DNA of 64,000 nucleotides from Glaucostegus cemiculus. Taxonomy: Eukaryota. Below are positions 11,485 through 24,695 of this stretch, in pieces. The notes under the pieces were generated by a model. The model saw only the letters and a program-made list of their open reading frames with translations, had not been told where the DNA came from and ran no database searches. Where the stretch lies: positions 5,704,001-5,768,000 of the forward strand of contig CDPCPM010000344.1 of the NCBI GenBank assembly GCA_976551045.1, in the 5' to 3' direction. Each line of letters opens with the position of its first letter. Within the stretch, counting starts at the first letter, position 1. The translations under genes and the position numbers were made by a program.

Positions 11485-13120
11485 AACATAAGAAATAGGA
11501 GAGCAGGTGACTATCTGCCCCTTTGAATATGCTCTGCCATTCAACAATGTCACAACTGATCTTTTACTCCAATACCATCTTCCAGCACTATACCATGCCT
11601 CTTCATTCTCTTACTGTTTAGAAATCTATCAGTCTGTGCCTTGAAAGAACACAGCTCTGTGACCGAGTCCCCCAGGATAGACAATTGCAAAGATTCACCA
11701 GCATCTGACTGATGGAATTTTTTCTTCATCTCAATTTTATTCGGAGATTATGGCCTCTGGTCCCAGACTCCTCCATCAGGAGAAACAGCATCCCTGCATA
11801 CTGCCTGTTAAACCCTGTAACAATGTTGTACATTTTGATAAGATCTCCTTTCATTCTTCTGAGCTGTAGAGGATAATCCCAATCTACTCAAACTTCCCTC
11901 CATCCCTGGAACCACTCCAGTGAATCTTTGCTCACCATCCTAGAGCAAGGCATCCCTTCTTAGATAGAGAGTGACCAATGCTACATGCAATACTTCAGGT
12001 GCAATCTCATCAGGACGCTGTAAACAAGTCTTCCTTACTGAAATAAAAACAGAAATAGTGGATAAACTCAGCCAGTCAAGCATCCTCTGCAGAAAGAGAA
12101 ACAGTCAATGTTTCAGGTCAAAGACCCTTCATCAGAAGTGAGTGATCTGCAGAGTTTTTCCAGCGTTTCCTGTTTTTATTCCAGATTTCAAACATCTACA
12201 GTTTTTATTTGATTTTCAAGACTTCCTTATTCCTGTTCAAATTCTCCTGTAATTTACAATCTCGCTAATTTATGATCTGTCCTGCTAATTGCTTGCTGCT
12301 GCTGCATGTCGGCCTTCAAGGGACTTGCACGCAAGCCTCTTGGTCTCTTTGGGCATCAACACTACCCGATCTCTCACCATTTCACAATATTCTGTCTTCC
12401 TGCCATTTACAGGTGATAATATGTTTCCGCATTATATACCATCTGCCTTTTTCTTGCCCATTCGCTTAACTTGCCCATTTCAAACTGAAGCCTCTTTGCA
12501 ACCTCCTCCACAGTCACAACCCTACTTAGTTTAATATCATCAGCCACTTTGGAAATATGTCATATCATTGATATACAGTAAATGGAGAACTGCTGTGGCC
12601 CAAACATTGATCCCTTTACTCACAGTTTGCCAACCTGACAACAACTAAATTATTGCCACTCCTTTCTTTCCGTCTGTTAGCTAATTCTCAATACATGCCG
12701 GTTTATCACCTTTAATCCCTTGTGCTCTAATCTTGTTACCCAACCTCCTTTGTAGGACTTTAGTGAAACTCTTCATGAAATCCAAATACTTCATATCTTC
12801 GTGCCTGTGACGCTGCTGTAAGCAGGGTTTTCATTGTACCTGTAGCTCTCTGTATTTGTGGATATAGCAATTAAATCAACTTGATTTGACACTAGTTCTT
12901 CCTTACCTGCTTTACCAGTCAGATCCGTAAAGAACTCTAGCAGGTTGGTCAGGTGTGATTTTCCATCATAAATCCTTGTTGAGCCTGCTCAATCCTATCA
13001 TTTTTTTTTAAGGTGTTCTGATGTTACATCTTTTATTATGGATTCCAACATTTTCCCAACAACTGCTGTTAGGCACATGGGTCAATAGTTCCCTGATTTC
13101 TCTCTGTCTCTCTCTCCTTT
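11485..13120 (-). mobile_element. Old, decayed CR1 LINE with small nested insertions
   Basis: CR1 3' UTR AACATAAGAAATAGGAG followed by degenerate RT-coding sequence on the minus strand. Confidence 0.6.
12104..12135 (-). ncRNA. Minimal hammerhead ribozyme core in a Penelope-derived repeat
   Basis: Minus strand reads CTGATGA-A-GGGTC-TTT-GACCT-GAAAC: both catalytic boxes flank a 5-bp stem II. Confidence 0.55.
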
Positions 13121-13129
13121 CTTATCTGA

Positions 13130-13735
13130 GAACATTGAAATCTAAAGTAAGGTATAACGGATAACAAACTGGCCACTTGCACATCACCAGACTCCAGTCC
13201 TGCCCCAGCCTACCTACTGTTGAATCCCTTGTCTATTCTGCTGTTCCCGTGACCTATCTTCCACCTTCTACTCCACATAAACTGAGGCTCATCCAAAGCC
13301 CTGCCAACACATTAATTCTTTCTCACTGATTGTCCTTGTGTTTGATGACACAACTAGTTCATATACTGACAATGCTTCAGTTTTATAATTGTCTCCTTTG
13401 ATCTCAAACTCTTCCCTACCCACACCTTCCTGGTATCTGAAATGTCTTTCTGTTTTACAAGCCTTTGAGATCTCTTCTCCCATCCTGACATCACTGCTGA
13501 TACTTGTATTTCATCAGTTCTGAGACAAATCTCTTGAATTCCTTCCCTAGATCTCCCCACCTGTCCCTTATCCCTCCTATAATGCTCCTAAATACCCATT
13601 CCTTTGACCAAGCTTTTGGTTGGATGACACATTTCAAGTGCGAGGATGTCAAAATTTTTATTGAAGATATTCTTGTAAAACTACTTGGGACATTTTGTTA
13701 TTCTAAAGATGCTTTATAAATGCAAATTATTGTTC
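13130..13735 (+). mobile_element. Old L2-like LINE 3' end
   Basis: Degenerate L2-type 3' sequence (CTTTGACCAAGCTTTTGGT ... GCTTTATAAATGCAA). Confidence 0.45.
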
Positions 13736-15036
13736 TTAGATTTTTATATTAGTAAAACTTTAAAATTTGCACAAGAAGAGAGCTAGGGACTCACAAAGAA
13801 AAATATTTATAGATCCAGAACTAGTTGAGAAGGCTGTTAAATAAAAGCGTGTGAGATCGTAAGCTTTATAGAGATAAATGTAGATGAACAGCCACAAGGA
13901 AATGAAAGCAAACATCCAGAAATCAGTGGTTAAGCCTCTCTCGCAATATCTTGTCTATCACTGAGCCCCATGTTTTAGGAATAATATCGAGGGCTTGGAG
14001 TGAGTGCAGATAAGATTCACCAGAGTTATTCCAGTGATAAAAGATTTTGGCTATGTGAAAGATTTAATATGAATGATTCTGTTTCTAAACACAGAAAGTG
14101 CACATATTATATTTCAGAGATTCAGCTTCAGAACCAGATTCGTGGTTGAACGCAATGGCAGATCAATTGATAAATCAAAAGAAACCATAAGGACTGATGT
14201 TAGTGGTCTATGAGACTTAGTGTTCCACTGCACGACACATTACTCAATGAACCAAAGAGCAACGGGTCTGGACTACCAAACCTGTAACATATTACATTGG
14301 GATGAAGGGCAACTCAGAGACACCAACAAAGCTCTCTCCCATTCTAAATCTAGGTACTAGAGGCAACTATTTATATGCTTTCACTTTATGAGGGATTAAG
14401 ATCATACAAGATAAATAATTTTTAAATTCTTAAACTGATAGAACGTATTTATCAGGTCATGACTTCTCAAGTTCTTGTACACTGAGTGTATCAAAGGCAA
14501 ACAAATGGGAACTTGATGATGTTTGCCAATGTTCTCTGATCCCTCACTTTTTTACAATCCAAATCCTTTCCATTATCTACAAGGCACAAGTCAGGAGCAT
14601 GATGGAATGATGTCTGCTCGCCAACAACACTCAAGAAGCTCGACGCCATCCAGGACCAAACAAGCTGCTTGATTGGCAGCCCATTCAACATCCTAAGCAT
14701 TCGTTCCCTTCACCATGAACCATGTCCGCAATGTATTCCATCTGCAAAATGTTCTTGAGTTACTTACCCAGGCTGATCCTACAACTACTCCCAAATCCAC
14801 AACCTCTACAACTAAGAAGGACGAGAACTACAAGTGCTTGAAAACACCAGTACCTGCAGATTCCATTCCAGCTAGACACCATCCTGTCTTGGATATACAT
14901 TGTTGTTCCTTCACCATAGCAGGGACAAAGTCCAGGAACTCCCTACCAGGAGGGGACCTTCACCATCAGGTGCAGTGGTCAAGAATGTGAAAGTTTTATG
15001 AATAAATATTGGCCTTGCCAACAACGTCCACATCCT

Positions 15037-15399
15037 TTCTTTTTCAATCTTTTTTATTGATAACAAATCAATACAGGTTAAGATATATAACAACAATGTT
15101 TACACATGTATTATAGAAATATCAAGTAACAATCATAGGTAATCATAAAAAAAGCAATAAAGTATAATATATATAAAAGAAATAGTTCCAACGATCTCTT
15201 GGTTCATAAGTGTAATGTAAAAGATAGAAAAGAAAAAGATTTGTTATATAATTAGAAAAAAAAGACCCAAATCAATAAAAAAAAATCATAATAATATAAA
15301 GTAAACTAAACCAAAAATGAATTAAAAAAGAAAAAAAAACAAAACAAGGAAAAAAACTGGGCTAAAATTTTCAATAGAAATAGAACAATATGATGTTGT
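15037..15399 (-). mobile_element. 5'-truncated L1-type 3' UTR insertion
   Basis: 18-bp TSD CAACAA(C/T)GTCCACATCCT at 15019-15036 and 15400-15417; poly(A)-like tail and AATAAA on the minus strand. Confidence 0.75.
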
Positions 15400-15479
15400 C
15401 AACAATGTCCACATCCTAAACACGGAATTTAAACAAATCAAGTCAGTAACTGGACTGGAAAAGCTTAACTGCTTTGACA

Positions 15480-17600
15480 GTTCTCTTCTACTCCATCCTG
15501 TGCTTGGCTAGCTTTGTGCACCCTGTCATTTGAAGTCCTGTCGAGACCGTGATACTGATTCCCTTGTCCTCTCCAATGTACTTGTATTGTGTTGGCAAAT
15601 GTGTTTGGCCATCTTGTGGTGTGTCCAAGTTATTGCTCCTTCTGTCATCACACAAACTCTAAGAAATTGTTAGTAGTAATTTCTTGAATGACTTGTTGCT
15701 TGGCAGAGTCATTGGGCAGATGCACAGTAATTAGGCAGTCATTTCCAAGGAAAGCTCACCTCAGTTTTGTATGATGACTTTTTGTACAATGTTCATTTTT
15801 CACAGCCATCATTCATCTTAGGAATTACAACTGCACAAGGCAGATCACACACAGCACGAATTTACCTTCTGTTAAATATTGTTGTCTGCACAGATCTTCA
15901 TCATCTTTCATAGCTTGGTGTTAGCTATGACTATTCTGATCTTGATGCACTTGACAGATGTTTTTTTCTGTAATGACATTTCCTAGATACATAAAGAACG
16001 CCGTGTTTCCTCATTTTTTATTCATTTCCAATCTTCACAAATAATATCAATAATTTTGGAGGTTTTCAACTCTCTTCTTCCCTTGCCATCTGTTTCCATT
16101 CCATTGCTCTTTGCGGTGTTTGCCAGCGTTCTTTCATTCTTAAGGTTCTTCAGTTGTCCTGACTCGCAGATTGTGGTCATCAGCAAATTACAGGCTGTTA
16201 ATCTCCTCCCTTTGACAGTTTCTGTGAAATTCTTTAAGGTTTGCCTGGGAAAGAAAGAACTTGTAAACACTAGAGCTGAAGTGTCTGAAAATGCAAAAAA
16301 AAACATGCCCTGCTTTCCTTCAGGTAGGTATGATGGAGATCGCTACCGTTCCGCAGTTCAACTTGTTTTTCTCTGCACAAGAGCTGTCTGACCTTCTGAG
16401 TCTCGCCATCACTTTCTGTTTTCATTTTGAATCTCCAGCATCTGCATTCTTCTGTCCTTGTATCGTTCTGCTGTAATTCCTCTGGTGCCATGTTAATTCC
16501 AAATGGGACTCTTCTCCAGCGACGTCTACTAAATGGCTGTCAGAATAGATTAACTGCAAACTCTTCTCATCAAGCCCCATATGCCAGAACCCATTACTTG
16601 CATTCAGTAAACTGAATGTTTTTGCCAATGCTCGGCTGATTGTCTTGCACCAATGTCCTGGTGCAGATAGATCTAGCGGGTGTTCTTTTTGCAAATTTGA
16701 GCTGGTTTGCCCCAGGTATAATGTTTTCATTTAGCACTCCAAATCTGATCCTGCCTCTGCCCTTCATCTCATCCTCCCCATAGATTTCAATGGCCCAAGT
16801 TTCAAGTTTCAAGTAAGTTGCTGTCATAGGCATACATACACAGGGTATAAATGCTATGAAAATTAGCCCTCAGCATACATTCATTGCAGAAATAATTTTC
16901 TGATCCACATTGCACACATTGCTGCCCATCCACAGGAACAGTTCTGTTTCAACTGCTCATGTTTCCATCCACAACACCTGGAACACCTGTGCTGTCCTTT
17001 CACTGATCTACCTTTTGTCTTGTGCTTCACGGCATGTTGTTGGCCATCCAACATTTCTAGCCTGGCTCCAGACAATTCCAAAGCTTTTCATGTCTGCGTA
17101 CACTTTTCTTGAGTTAACTCTGTTTCACTTATCAACCATTCCCTCGAGCTGATTCCACAGATTCCACAGATAACCTAAAGTCTAATGAGCAAGCCTTTCA
17201 AATCTGTGAAATTGTAATTATCAGCTCATAATCTGACTTCTATTCAGGAAGTATCAGAGGATTCTCCTTGCTGCTGTTTGCATGTAAAGAATCAGCAACA
17301 GTGGACTTCTTCTCTCCATAAAGCTTCTAATGCACTTTCCAAGGTCTCATCTGAGAGGTTTATGGTATGATAAAATTCTCTGTCCCTGTGACCAATGAGG
17401 TATAACATCTTCGGTGTCAGCTGCACTGTTATCTGCCATAGCCAGCTCAATATACAGTGGAAGCTCTTCTTTCCAATCTTTCTGTTCTTTGAACAATTTA
17501 CTTGCTTGGAAATCCAATGGCTCAGGCAACTTCATTTGTTCCATTGTGCATTCTCCCAGTTGAATTGCACATCTTGCTGTCTTGTGGCACACATTTATGT
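15480..17600 (-). mobile_element. Decayed, deleted Gypsy (Mag-like) LTR retrotransposon internal region
   Basis: Gag-like start MEQMKLPEPLDF; Cys/His knuckle relic ~16890-17000; RT relics AKTFSLLNASNGFWHMGLDEKS and RVPFGINMAPEELQ, with frameshifts. Confidence 0.7.
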
Positions 17601-17844
17601 GTTATCTCAATTAGTAGAAAGAGCACCTGGTGTTCAGTATTTGGATTCAGGCACAGCTAAATGTCATAAATTCATCAAAAAAGCATTTCTGAAGCAATGT
17701 TTTGTTATGTCCTTTTTCTGCTCTCTAATTTACTGGAAATAGTAACTAAAACTATTAATAAAGCTACTTTATTGATGAAAATATTTAATTGTGATTTTAT
17801 TTCAAATAAACTGCCAATGGAATTTTATTCAGTAAATATTGTGT

Positions 17845-18137
17845 GGCATGGTAATGTAGCAATTAGCGTAATGCTATTACAGCACCAGCGATCCAAGTTC
17901 AATTCCCGCCTCTGTCTGTAAGGAGTTTGTACGTTCTCCCCGTGTCTGCATGGGTTTCCTCTGGGTGCTCCGATTTCCTCCCACATTCCAAAGGCATACG
18001 GGTTAGGAAGTTGTAGGAATGTTATGTTGTCACCAGAAGCGTGGCAACACTTGCGGGCTGCCCCCAGAATACTCTACTCAAAGATATATTTCACTGTGTG
18101 TTTCAATGTACATGTGACTAATAAAGATATCTTATCT
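17845..18137 (+). mobile_element. V-SINE, tail type A
   Basis: Full head, V-domain and tail match to other copies. Confidence 0.85.
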
Positions 18138-18989
18138 GTTGGACAGCATTTAGTCACAGGATACTTGACACAATTCTTAAAAGGTGATAGTAATTAAGGA
18201 AAAAGTATCATCCAAGGACACACAAGATTGCCAATTACTCAGATTATGTATGTAACACAAAATTTGAGCACATAACATTGTAGATGATAGTGAATTTGTC
18301 TCTATCATATCAGTAAATAAATAATGATGAAGAAATATTTGATCGTTGGCATGGAGAAGGTGAGCAGAAAGATCTGTTCTGTGGTGTAGGATCCTACGTT
18401 TTCTGATGCAAGGTCTTTGACCTGAAACCTTGATTTAAAACTTCCGCCTCCACAGATGCTGCCTGACCAGCTGTGTTGTTTCAGCAGTCTGTTTCCTGTG
18501 GAAGAAAGCAGTTGTTATACTGAAGGCTAGCAACTCCTCACCCAACCTCTGCATCGAAAGTAAAGCTCTGGATAAATCGGTGTCTCAACTCAACTCTTAC
18601 CAACTCATTTTTCCTTGACAGACAACTTGATGTGAAGCTCAACAAAGCCTCTGTTACCTTCAGCAGTACAACACTGTTGGCACAGAACAATAATCTGCTG
18701 ACCCCAGACAGAAAGGTTTCTCAAGGTGGAACCTTCAGCACCATTCCTCAAGGCTTCTATACTCCAGTCTTCCACCTTTGAGCTCAGTTATTTTGTTTTT
18801 CCAGAATTTGCAGTTGTTTTTAGTTTCATTTAAATTAGATTGTCACATTGCCTCCTCTGCCTGTTCAGCGTTAAAGCCAATTCAAAGAATCAAACCATAG
18901 TTTGAAGTGCCATTAGTATTACACAAAGCTCGAGAAAGTTTCCTCTGATACGATTTTCAACAAGAATTACAACTAAAAATGCAAAAACG

Positions 18990-19402
18990 TCAATGTCCTT
19001 GTAATACTTGTGGAGGATCCTGTTCCCTCTGGAGAATGAGGGGTGACCTGATTCAATCATGTAAGATCGTAAAGGTAGGTGTTGAGGGGTTCTCACTGGT
19101 GGGAGAGTCTTGAACAAGGGGCATAGCTGGAAAATAACTTGCTGCTCATTGGATACTTCAGTGCAGAGCAATTTTTCTCTCAGAGTGTAGTAGATCTCTG
19201 GAATTCTCTGCCCCCGAGGGTGGTGGAGGTCAGATCATTGGATGTACATAAGGTGGAGACAGATAAATATTTGAAAGATCAAGGAATCGAGGGGTAATGG
19301 GGAACTGACACAGAAGGGAAGTTGGGGCCAGCGTAGATCAGCCATGATCGTTTTGAATGGCAGAGCAGGACTGAAGGTACTGCTGCCCCTGTTCCTCTTG
19401 TC
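18990..19402 (+). mobile_element. CR1 LINE 3' end
   Basis: AGAATGAGGGGTGACCT...TGGAATTCTCTGCCCC...GATCAGCCATGATC. Confidence 0.7.
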
Positions 19403-19542
19403 NNNNNNNNNNNNNNNNNNNNNNNNNNNNNNNNNNNNNNNNNNNNNNNNNNNNNNNNNNNNNNNNNNNNNNNNNNNNNNNNNNNNNNNNNNNNNNNNNN
19501 NNNNNNNNNNNNNNNNNNNNNNNNNNNNNNNNNNNNNNNNNN
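19403..19542. other. Assembly gap
   Basis: Run of N. Confidence 1.
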
Positions 19543-20038
19543 TGTATGTCTGTATTTGAGTTCGTGTGTGTGTTCTGAGTGTGTGTTCATGTGGGTGTAT
19601 GTCTGTCTTTGAATGTGTGTTCTGTGTTTGAGTGTGTGTGGGGGGTGTGTGTGTATCTGTGTTTGAGTGTGTGTGTATTCTGTGTGGGATGTATGTGTTC
19701 TGTTTGTGTGTGTGTCTGTGTTTGAGTGTATGTGTTCTGTGTTTGAATGTGTGTGTATGTGTGTCTGTTGGGGGTTGTGTGTGTGGGGGGGATGTGTGTG
19801 TCTGTGTTTCAGTGTGTGTGTGTTCTGTGTGTGAGGGGTGCATGTATTCCGTGTGTATTTGTGTGTATGTGAGTGTGTGTGTATGTATTCTATATAGGGG
19901 GATTGTGTGTGTTCTGTGCTTGAGTGTGTGTGTGTGTGTGTGTTCTGTGTGTGTGTATTCTGTGTGTACGGGGTGTATGTGTTCTGTGTGGGTTGGTGTG
20001 TATGTGTGTGTGTGGGGGGGGTCAGTGTATGTATGTGA
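19543..20038. repeat. Degenerate (TG)n low-complexity tract
   Basis: About 500 bp of TG-rich repeats beside the gap. Confidence 0.95.
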
Positions 20039-21664
20039 TCCTACCAGACAAGAGAATCATGTACAGTGCCTGATATGCATAACATAACATTGTCCTACCG
20101 CCTGTAGCATTCAGTTTGCACCAATTGCTTGGAGACTGAACATGTATAAGTGTGCCGTCAAACAAATAAACATTACCCCTTTGGATATATTTGCGCAATT
20201 GCATATTAATGTTCACATTATAAAATTTTAAGAAACATTTCCCCTACTGCTTTATATTTTGAGGACTTATGGAAGCAATATCTTTAATTGAAGCCACTGA
20301 GCTAAGATTCTCATCAATTTATCTTGTCAAGAGTTTAATGAGGCACATTATTAAGTGACTTTCCCATGACATCCTATGTCACCATTAAATTTATTATTAA
20401 TATTGTCTTAATTTTGAAGGTAAAAGAATGCTTGAGTTTGATTCCAACAATCAAAAGACATTTAATAATCTTCTGTGGGTGGGTTATGATTATTTGGCTT
20501 TGAACAGTAAAGAAATGAATTGAGAGGATGCAAACCATTGCAGTTGCCTGCTGCTTTTTGATTTATTTTATTCATTCCCAGTGCGTGGGCATCAGCAGCA
20601 AGGCCACTGTTCATTGTCTGTTCCTTGTTGTCCTCAAGAAGATGATGATGAAGATTTCTAGATCTAGGGTAGTGCCACTTCAATAAGCAAGGTAAAAAGC
20701 ACCCTGTCAAAGTTCCCTACCAACCCACACACCAGCCCACTCCAAACCCACAGTTCAAATGATGAATGCAATGCTTGTGTGATCACAGAAGTCTATTTGT
20801 CAAGGATGAATCTCTCTTCTGTATTGGATTGGGATTAACTAGTTTGGGACAACAAATCATTCCAGACCTACTTGGAAGTTTCCCTGGGTTTCACTAGCCT
20901 GAAGGACACTGGTGGTTCTACACAAGATTTACATGGGACAATGTGGTCACTTAATGCAAAAGGGTAAGTCAAATCCATCTCTGCTGTTCAAATTTACACA
21001 AGGATTTATGAAGGATAAATTCAGTGCACTTGTAATCCCAGTATCTATGTAAGGTTGAGGTTTATATGACAATGAAAAGGATAACTTATTTTCGCGGTGA
21101 TAGCTTGTTCCAATTAAACAGGCTAAGAAGGTGCACGGTACCATATTAATTATAAGATGTTTTCCCAGAACATAGTGGGCAGGCTGTCGGTTCTTGTGAT
21201 GGACGCTGTGTGCTGGACTTATTTCTGGCCATGACTGAGATCACTCAGACCAAGCCTTAGTTGGTGGATGACAGTTATCAGGGGCACACAGGGTGGAAAC
21301 AGACCTTGTGGACCAATGAGCTTCTGCCAACTATCAAGCACCCAGTTATACTAATCCTTTTTATTGTCCATAGATTCCCGTCAACTTGCCCTGGATTCCA
21401 CCACTCACCTGCACACTAGGGGTAGTTTACAGTGGCCAATTAATCTACCTTGGACATTAACAACTTTGGATCTTAACCACCACTCACATTTTCATGTGTA
21501 ACATGTTCTGAACCCAAGCCACTGGGAGTACAGAAGGTGTGGACCAGCGCTCGGGCGAAGTGATCCCTTATTGGTAGATAGTCAACAGCTCGATCCTCTT
21601 CCCTGGGCCCTGCCTTGTTCACATTCTCAAGTGTTTGCACTTTTACAGGTTCAGAGTTCCCACT

Positions 21665-22905
21665 TTTAACCCGCTCTAAGATCTATCTAACCCTTCCCTC
21701 CCACATACCCCTCCATTTTTCTGTCATCCACGTGCCTATATAAGATTCTCTTAAATGTCCCTAATGCATCTACCTCTACCAACACCCCTGGTAGTGCGTT
21801 CCACGTACCCACCACTCTCTGAGTAAAAAACGTACCTCTGATATCCCCCGCTGTACTTTCCTCCAATCACCTTAAAATTATGTCCCTTGTGTTAGCCATT
21901 TCTGCCCTGGGATAAAGTCTCTGACTGTCCACTCGATCCTCTTATCATTCTTGTTCACCTCTATCAGGTCACCTCTCATCCTCCTTCACTCCAAAGAAAA
22001 GAGCCCTTGCTTACTCAACCTATCCTCATAAGGCATGCTCTCCAATCCAGGCAGCATGCTGGTAAATCTCCTCTGCACCCTTTCCAAAACTTGCACAACC
22101 TTCCTATAATGAGGCAACAAGAACTGAACACAATATTCTAACCAGAGTTTTACCTCACAGCTCTTGAACTTAATCCATCCGCTAATGAAGGCCAACACGC
22201 CATACACCTTTTTAACAACCCTATCAACTTGCATGACAACTTTGAGGGATCTATGGACTTGGACCCCAGGATCCCTCTGTTCCTCCACATTTCTAAGAAT
22301 CCCACCATTAACCTTGTATTCTGCCATCAAATTCGATCTTCCAAAGTGTATCACTTCACACTTTTCTGGGTTGAACTCCATCTGCCACTTCTCAGCCCAG
22401 CTCTGCATCCTATCAATGTCCCATTGTAACCCTCGACAACCTTCTACACTATCCACTACCCCACCAACCTTTGTATCATCAGCAAACTTACTAACACACC
22501 CTCCACATCCTTGCGCAAGTCATTTATAAAAATCACAAAAGAGCAGGGGTCCCAGAACAGATCCCTACGGAACACCATTGGTCACTGATCTCCAGGCAGA
22601 ATACGCTCCATCTACAACCCCCTCTGGCCTTCTATGGGGAAGCCAATTCCAAATCCACACAGCCAAGTTTCCCTGGATTTCATGCCTCCCAACCTTCTGA
22701 ATGAGCCTATCGTGGGAACCTTATCAAATGCCTTACTGAAGTCCATGTACACCACATCCAGTGCTCTACCCTCACCAATACGTTTGTCACATCCTCAAAG
22801 AACTCACACAGACTCACGAGGCATGACCTGTTGCTCACAAAGCCATGCTGACTGTCTCTAATCAGCCTATGCTTCTCCAAATGCCCATAAATCCTGTTCC
22901 ATAAA
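21665..22905 (-). mobile_element. CR1 LINE 3' fragment (RT domain and 3' UTR)
   Basis: WAEKWQMEFNPEKCEVIHFG and LERVQRRFTSMLPGL peptides; KFADDTK upstream; disrupted. Confidence 0.9.
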
Positions 22906-23118
22906 TTTGTTCCATTGATAAAAGCAATGCTGAGATTCAGAGCATTCAGTGGAGATAAAAATGAAGTTAATATCTCAGGTTACAGACCTGCCATCAAAAT
23001 TATTTTGTTTTATTGCTTCTCTTATTTTTTTTTGCCCATTTTGCCTTTGTACCATGCCTTGATTTGTTGTCAACAAATCACTTCCGCCTTTTTCTCTGTC
23101 TTGCAATCTTCCCTACCT

Positions 23119-23226
23119 CTCATCTCCCCTCCTTCCTCTGCCCACCCACTCCCACTCATCTCCCCTCCTTCCTCTGCCCACCCACTCCCACTCATCTCCC
23201 CTCCTTCCTCTGCCCACCCACTCCCA
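23119..23226. repeat. Perfect 36-bp tandem repeat, 3 copies
   Basis: Unit CTCATCTCCCCTCCTTCCTCTGCCCACCCACTCCCA. Confidence 0.95.
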
Positions 23227-24077
23227 GGCCACCTAAGCTCCCACTTCCTTCCTCTGGTTCAGTACTTCCTGACGACCATCCCCTCCCAGTCCAAATAAAG
23301 GATTGAAAAGCAAAATACTGCACATTGCAGGAAATCTGAAATGAAAACAGAAAATGTGGGGAATACTCCACACATCAGGCAGCATCTGTGCAGAAAGAAA
23401 AACTGTTGAGGAAGGATGAAAAGATCATTGGCCTGCAATACTAATACTGTTTCTCTCTCTGCACGTTCTGTGTGACTTTAAATGTCTTCTGACATTTTCT
23501 TTTATTTTAGAGGAACTTAATCTTGATAGTGGACTCCGTGCAGGCTCCGGGGCCTCAGTTTAAGCCTGTGGTCTTTGTAGAAGCAATTCACTTATGAGCC
23601 CGGAGTTCCCCTGCTGAGGCTCGTCAGATTAAAGAGGAGAATTTCCTTCAGTTCCCCCAAACGGATTCACTAACTGAACATGGATGAAAGCAAAGAGATT
23701 CAGAATCAACATGATATAAATAAAGACACGGCTTTGATCATAATTACTGGGTTGGTAAGGGATACATTACTCAAAACATTGCCCAGGGAATACAGCCTCA
23801 GTGCTACAACTGGTATTAGAGTACAGTATTGGTTCTGGGGCCCCAGGCAATGTTTGGGTTGCCATGACGTTTGGTCTGTGTGTTTCTATTCATAGCCCAG
23901 CCAGTTAGGAGGCATTGTCTGAGCTCAACTGAATATTCCCCTGTACCCCTGCCTAAAGAGTGTGAGTCTGTGCTGATGGGACGTACGGCTGTTCCCTGCT
24001 TCCTGAAGCAAGTGAGAGAGTGTGAGTGAAGTGGGACTCTGAACGGGAACAGACAGGAGCATCTGCAGCAAGTACAT

Positions 24078-24510
24078 TATTTTTTTTAATTTCAAAATAT
24101 ACTTTATTCAGAAAAAAAACTATATACAAAAATAATGAGAGAAACCGTTCACACCATTGCATTCGTGTACAGATCCATTCTTAGTGTTACCTTTTTATAT
24201 GTACAGAAAAAAAAACAGCACCGATGCCACCCGTGTGGCTCCCTGGGGTGATACCCCAATCACATATTTACAACACTTGAGGGGCTTTCTTGCCTGACCC
24301 CGCCCCTCCCTCTCCTGTGGCAGAAAAACCCTAGACTGACGTCCTTCCCCACCGAGCCCTTGCGCTGGCTGCGCCAAGCCTCAGTGTGTCCCTCAGCACG
24401 TACTCCTGCAACCTGGAATGTGCCAGTCGGCAGCATTCCTCTACGGACATCTCACAGTGCTGGGAGACCAACAACTTTCGGGCAGACCAAAGGGCGTCTT
24501 TCACCGAGTT
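24078..24510 (-). mobile_element. Tx1/L1-clade LINE 3' end
   Basis: Poly(T) plus CTTTATT terminus; coding end matches a second copy at 35158-35650. Confidence 0.65.
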
Positions 24511-24695
24511 GATGACCCTCCAGTGACATTAATTTTTCCCTCATGTTTATTCTCTTGGCTTCTTCCTCCAACCCAACTAAGCTGCTGGGTCTTTCTGAAT
24601 CTGGCCACTTCAGCTGATGGTGGTTGCTACCAAACTATTCCTCATGCTAGACATTCAAATCTCCCACCCAGAGCACAATCGTCGTGCCTTTCTAC

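Noticed and set aside
14070-14290. Possible additional LTR fragment ending GTAACA
   Set aside because: No matching start or TSD found.
19235-20087. His/Thr-rich and Cys/Val-rich ORFs
   Set aside because: Translations of the (TG)n tract and the N gap.
22915-23306. Pro/Ser-rich repeat ORFs
   Set aside because: Produced by the 36-bp tandem repeat; no gene context.
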